A stretch of DNA of 64,000 bases from NCBI GenBank assembly GCA_003223325.1, contig QHYS01000028.1:38127-102126 (forward strand), in the 5' to 3' direction. Source of the stretch: Acidobacteriota bacterium (GTDB lineage: Bacteria > Acidobacteriota > Terriglobia > Acidiferrales > UBA7541). Position 1 is the first letter of the stretch. Every line of letters begins with the position of its first letter. The position numbers and the translations under genes are program-made. Below, piece by piece: positions 60,574-64,000 of the stretch. Below the pieces are notes generated by a model. It ran no database searches, was not told where the DNA came from, and worked only from the letters and a program-made list of their open reading frames with translations.

Positions 60574-62496
60574 TTATTGGTCCGTCGAAGCAACCGCAGC
60601 GAGGCCGCCGGCCGACTGTTCGGCGAGCATGCGAAGGTGGCGCTCGCAAGGGGTATGGCCCGAAGAAGATTGCTCGGCCTGCCGAAAACTCTCGGCGGCC
60701 GGTTCCCTGCGCCCGAGTTTTGCCTGGATATCACCCCGGAGAAGTTGAAAGATGGGATTGCGGGGGAACTCGTCAATCAGCGGTGAGAGGACCTCGACCG
60801 AACGGGTGTATTCGCGATCGTACATGCGCAAGTTCTTGGCCAGATAAAAACGGGCTTCAACGCGGGTGAGATCGCCCTTTTCCATAGCGATCTCCAGTTC
60901 CCGGATACCCTCGGCTTTGGAGCCGCCCGGGATGCCCATGAAGAAACGCAAGACGCGCGCAATAGGTGAAAGTGTATCGACGTAATAGTTGTAGAGGCCG
61001 AGGCCGGTATAGGCGTCGGCCATACCGGGATCGAGCTGGAGGCCGCGCAAGAAATGCGCACGAGCTCTAACGCCTGCGTGCGCCGTGCCGCGGCGATCGT
61101 TGCGCAAACCGAGCAATCGCGCCCGAAACGACCAGCCAATTCCGGCGTATAGGTGCATTTCCGGCGACTCAGCATGTGCAATTCGCGATTCGGCGATTGA
61201 CGTGACTTTGTCTGCGAGAGCGAGGTAGGAGTCGTCGGCTGCAACTCGAGGGCGTTCCCAGGCATCGATGGTGTTCCACTTGATTTCGCAGGCTTCGCAA
61301 TAGATTTGCCACCAGCGCGCTTCGGCCTCCAGGAGGTAACCAAGAGGGTCGGCGGGATCCGTAGTTTGTACTTGGTGAAACTGAGTGATGGCTTCATCAG
61401 CGCGTCCGGCGTAGAGCAGATGGAGCCCACGCCTTGCAGCGTCCGGCAAGTTCAGCGATGAGGCGCGCGCTGGCTGGGACCAAAGCAGGGCGGCAAGGAA
61501 GAGCCATGGGAACACGGCGAAAGGCCGAGATTGGAGTGTGCCCGTCGCTCTACGAAGCGATCGGGCCTGAGAAGTCGTTTGCCTCGGCGATGGCAATGGT
61601 TTTTCCCATCCGAGCAGCCAAGCAGCGAAGTAGTACATTAGGAAGCATTCGAGCGCAAAGGGCAAAAAGCCTAAGTAACCAAGTGCGGGCATCTCGAAGA
61701 TTTTGTCATTTTGCATAATGGGGAAGATATAGTGCCACTTGGCCGCCGCCCAGAAATTCCAAAATTCCCAAAGCCAGCCGCAGACCCAACCGGAGAGAAA
61801 GAAGGAAAAGAAGCGTCCATAGTTCCCGGAAACCAGGTCGCCTTCGAAGGAAGGGAGTCCTCGGCGGAAGTTAATGGGGTCGAGGAGAAAAACGAATCCC
61901 AGCCACACTGCGCCGAAAAGAAAGGAGCCAAGCGACCGCGGCAAAATGACCGGGACGATCACAAGAACGGCGCCGGCACTCATGAAGACGTTTTGGGCGG
62001 CACGCGAGAAGCGGATCGGGTGGGCGGGAGCGTCCCACCATCCGAAAGATCCGATGAGATCGGCGGTTAGAAAAATTCCCGGCCAGATGGTGGCAAACGC
62101 CCAGCCGTAACCGAACCACTGCACTGGAAGAGATAGCGGCATACCGCCAACGTAAGCCCAGTTAGCTAGGCGCAGGTTATAAGCTTCGAAGATCAGCCAC
62201 AGCGGAATGGAGAGCAGGGCCAGCCTTGCGAATTGCGCGCGCGCATCACGCAGACGCGAACGTCCCCGGATGGCGAAAACGGCCGCGTCAGCGATGAGTG
62301 TATAGGCGGTCCAGGCCATCGGCGTGAAAAAGGTGGCTACCGGTTCCACAGCACGGAACATCAGCCATTCCGCAACGGCCAAGAAGGCCAAGCCAAACCA
62401 CCCATAGGCCGGGTATGGGCGTGTGCGCCGCCTGAAAAATTCGGTGAATAGGACTGCGGCCGTGCACGCCATTAGAATCACGCCGGGCTTGACCAT
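60574..62496 (-). CDS. polytopic membrane protein with C-terminal TPR-like periplasmic/cytoplasmic domain
   Basis: The first ~290 aa are Trp-rich and multi-TM (WLWEFWNFWAAAKWHY). A further signal-like segment follows, then TPR-like repeats (ADAYTGLGLYNYY, RFYLAKNL). Confidence 0.6.
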   Translation of the reverse strand: MVKPGVILMACTAAVLFTEFFRRRTRPYPAYGWFGLAFLAVAEWLMFRAVEPVATFFTPMAWTAYTLIADAAVFAIRGRSRLRDARAQFARLALLSIPLWLIFEAYNLRLANWAYVGGMPLSLPVQWFGYGWAFATIWPGIFLTADLIGSFGWWDAPAHPIRFSRAAQNVFMSAGAVLVIVPVILPRSLGSFLFGAVWLGFVFLLDPINFRRGLPSFEGDLVSGNYGRFFSFFLSGWVCGWLWEFWNFWAAAKWHYIFPIMQNDKIFEMPALGYLGFLPFALECFLMYYFAAWLLGWEKPLPSPRQTTSQARSLRRATGTLQSRPFAVFPWLFLAALLWSQPARASSLNLPDAARRGLHLLYAGRADEAITQFHQVQTTDPADPLGYLLEAEARWWQIYCEACEIKWNTIDAWERPRVAADDSYLALADKVTSIAESRIAHAESPEMHLYAGIGWSFRARLLGLRNDRRGTAHAGVRARAHFLRGLQLDPGMADAYTGLGLYNYYVDTLSPIARVLRFFMGIPGGSKAEGIRELEIAMEKGDLTRVEARFYLAKNLRMYDREYTRSVEVLSPLIDEFPRNPIFQLLRGDIQAKLGRREPAAESFRQAEQSSSGHTPCERHLRMLAEQSAGGLAAVASTDQ

Positions 62497-62603
62497 GGAT
62501 CCATGTTATCGCAGGGCCAGCCTCTTGCCGATTGTGGATTCTGCTATGCTCGTACGAGGGGCGGTAGACTTCGCTCGCTCAGCGGGTAAGAGCAAGGAAT
62601 GTC

Positions 62604-63344
62604 ATGTCAGAGACGCCGGGTCAATTAGAAGAGAAGGCCATTCGGGAGGGGCAATTTGCAGAACCCGCTACGGCGACCATTCCCGAGGGCTGGTTCACGA
62701 TGGGTTACGAAAACGGCCGCGACGATGAAAAGCCCGCTCATCGCGTGTGGATCGACCGCCTTGCGCTGGGTGTTTACCAGGTGACCCGGGCCGAATACGC
62801 CTATTTTCTTCGCGAAACGCGGCGGGCGGCGCCGCCCTTCTGGGATGATCCCAATTTTCAGGAGCCGCAACAGCCGGTCGTTGGGCCATCTTGGTTTGAT
62901 GCGGTGGGTTTCTGCGAGTGGCTGACCAAAATCGTCGGCCGAAATTATCGGCTACCCACCGAAGCGGAATGGGAGCGCGCCGCGTGCGGCGGCAGAGAGG
63001 GACAGCTTTATAGTTGGGGAGATACCGCGCCCGAGAAACTGCCTGGCTACTCGAGCCGATGGAGGAATGGTCCGGAGCGCGTGGGGCGAGGCGCGCCGAA
63101 CCCATATGGGCTGTTCAATATGGGGGATAACGTTCACGAGTGGTGCTCCGACTGGTACGACGCGCATTACTACGGGCGCAGCCCTCAGCGCAATCCGCAA
63201 GGTCCTGAGCATGGCAACCGGCGCGCATCGCGGGGCGGAGCGTGGCGACACCACGTCAAGGTGTCGAGGTGCGCTGCGCGCTCAAGCATCCCTCCCGGAT
63301 TTAAGTATGCCGATTATGGCTTCCGTGTAGCTCGATCGGTATAA
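62604..63344 (+). CDS. formylglycine-generating-enzyme family (SUMF1/EgtB/PvdO) protein
   Basis: GWFTMG, EKPAHRVWI, VT..EY..F, PVVGPSWFDAVGFCEWL, YRLPTEAEWERAA, NPYGLFNMGDNVHEWCSDWY, SRGGAW, YGFRVARS. Confidence 0.85.
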   Translation: MSETPGQLEEKAIREGQFAEPATATIPEGWFTMGYENGRDDEKPAHRVWIDRLALGVYQVTRAEYAYFLRETRRAAPPFWDDPNFQEPQQPVVGPSWFDAVGFCEWLTKIVGRNYRLPTEAEWERAACGGREGQLYSWGDTAPEKLPGYSSRWRNGPERVGRGAPNPYGLFNMGDNVHEWCSDWYDAHYYGRSPQRNPQGPEHGNRRASRGGAWRHHVKVSRCAARSSIPPGFKYADYGFRVARSV

Positions 63345-64000
63345 CGGCTTCTGCCTGGCCCGTTTGCCCGGCCTCGAGGATGAACCCCGAGGCGGGCGCA
63401 AGGCCCGCTTTTCCCCCCAGTCTCGTCGTTCCGGTAAAAGCTCTCGCTTGTGAGTTGCCGCACCGCAAGGGCCTGCCCCTGTCTCGCTTCTTGATCGCCG
63501 AACTCCGCCAAGAAGTTCTCGATCAGGGGCTGGTGGCGGAGATCAGTGGAGCCACCATTTGGCGTTGGCTCGGCCAAGACGCGATTTGTCCTTGGCGGCA
63601 TCGAACCTGGATCTTCCCGCGGGATCCCTTGTTCGTGGAAAAGGCCGGCCCCATCCTCGATCTCTACCAAGGTCTCTGGCACGGACATCCGCTTGGTCCC
63701 AAGGATTTTGGCTCTCCGCCGATGAAAAAACCGGCATTCAAGCGCGACACCGAGAGCATCCTTCCGTTCCGCCCGCCCCCAGAAGGCCCGCTCTCATTGA
63801 GCGCGCCGGGGCCTGGGCCTATCTCGCCGCCTGGGATGTCCGCCGCGCCAAAGTTTTCGGCCGCTGCGTCCGGAAGAACGGCAGCAAACCCTTTGATAGC
63901 CTGGTTGGCGAGGTGATGAGCCAGGAGCCCTATCGGTCGGCAGCACGCGTGTTTTGGATCATCGATAATTGCTCCACTCGCCGCGGCCAGAAGTGCGTTC
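63331..64000 (+). mobile_element. IS630-family transposase remnant: 5-prime truncated, two frameshifts, runs off the window
   Basis: Three frames together read GLEDEPRGGRKARFSP / SLVVPVKALACELPHRKGLPLSRF...ATIWRWL...ILDLYQG / FWLSADEKTGIQAR...AYLAAWDV...RVFWIIDNCSTRRG (DDE residues). The frame switches occur at TTTTCCCCCC (63409-63418) and TTTT (63706-63709). The N-terminal HTH part is missing. Confidence 0.8.

Overview
About 60% GC chromosomal segment, most likely from an Acidobacteriota-type diderm. Supporting this are a TIGR03436-like VWFA-related domain protein, CarboxypepD_reg and NHL proteins, and lpxC. The window spans the replication-origin neighbourhood: gyrA, gyrB, dnaN and dnaA all on the minus strand, with DnaA-box clusters on both sides of dnaA and no recF. 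It is otherwise dense with housekeeping operons. These are cdaA-cdaR-glmM, thiE, nrdJ, thrS/infC-rpmI-rplT-pheS-pheT, a purQ-purL-purF-lepB-purM-purN-tyrS block, glmU, lpxC and lipA. I found no rRNA, tRNA or CRISPR array. The accessory content is limited. It comprises a 3.8 kb insertion splitting the normally contiguous thrS-infC junction (tandem-domain dCTP-deaminase-like gene, a DUF6152 pair, a decayed Cys-rich mobile-element ORF), an ISAzo13 transposase fragment followed by about 0.8 kb of junk at 41-42 kb, and a 5-prime-truncated, twice-frameshifted IS630 copy at the right edge. The observations most worth a second look are listed here. (1) A near-consensus sigma-54 promoter plus intrinsic terminator that bracket a roughly 110 nt non-coding transcript just after glmM. 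(2) A strongly promoted, highly structured roughly 185 nt RNA just downstream of zapA, in the position 6S RNA occupies in E. coli. (3) Small lesions in conserved genes: gyrA 5-prime end, nrdJ catalytic loop and C-terminal frameshift, an M48 peptidase without HEXXH, a truncated MarR. These are either real decay or consensus or assembly errors. (4) An acyl-carrier-domain/PlsC-type acyltransferase fusion. I did not find a clear novel multi-gene system. All family assignments rest on motif recognition from the translated ORFs, not on database searches.
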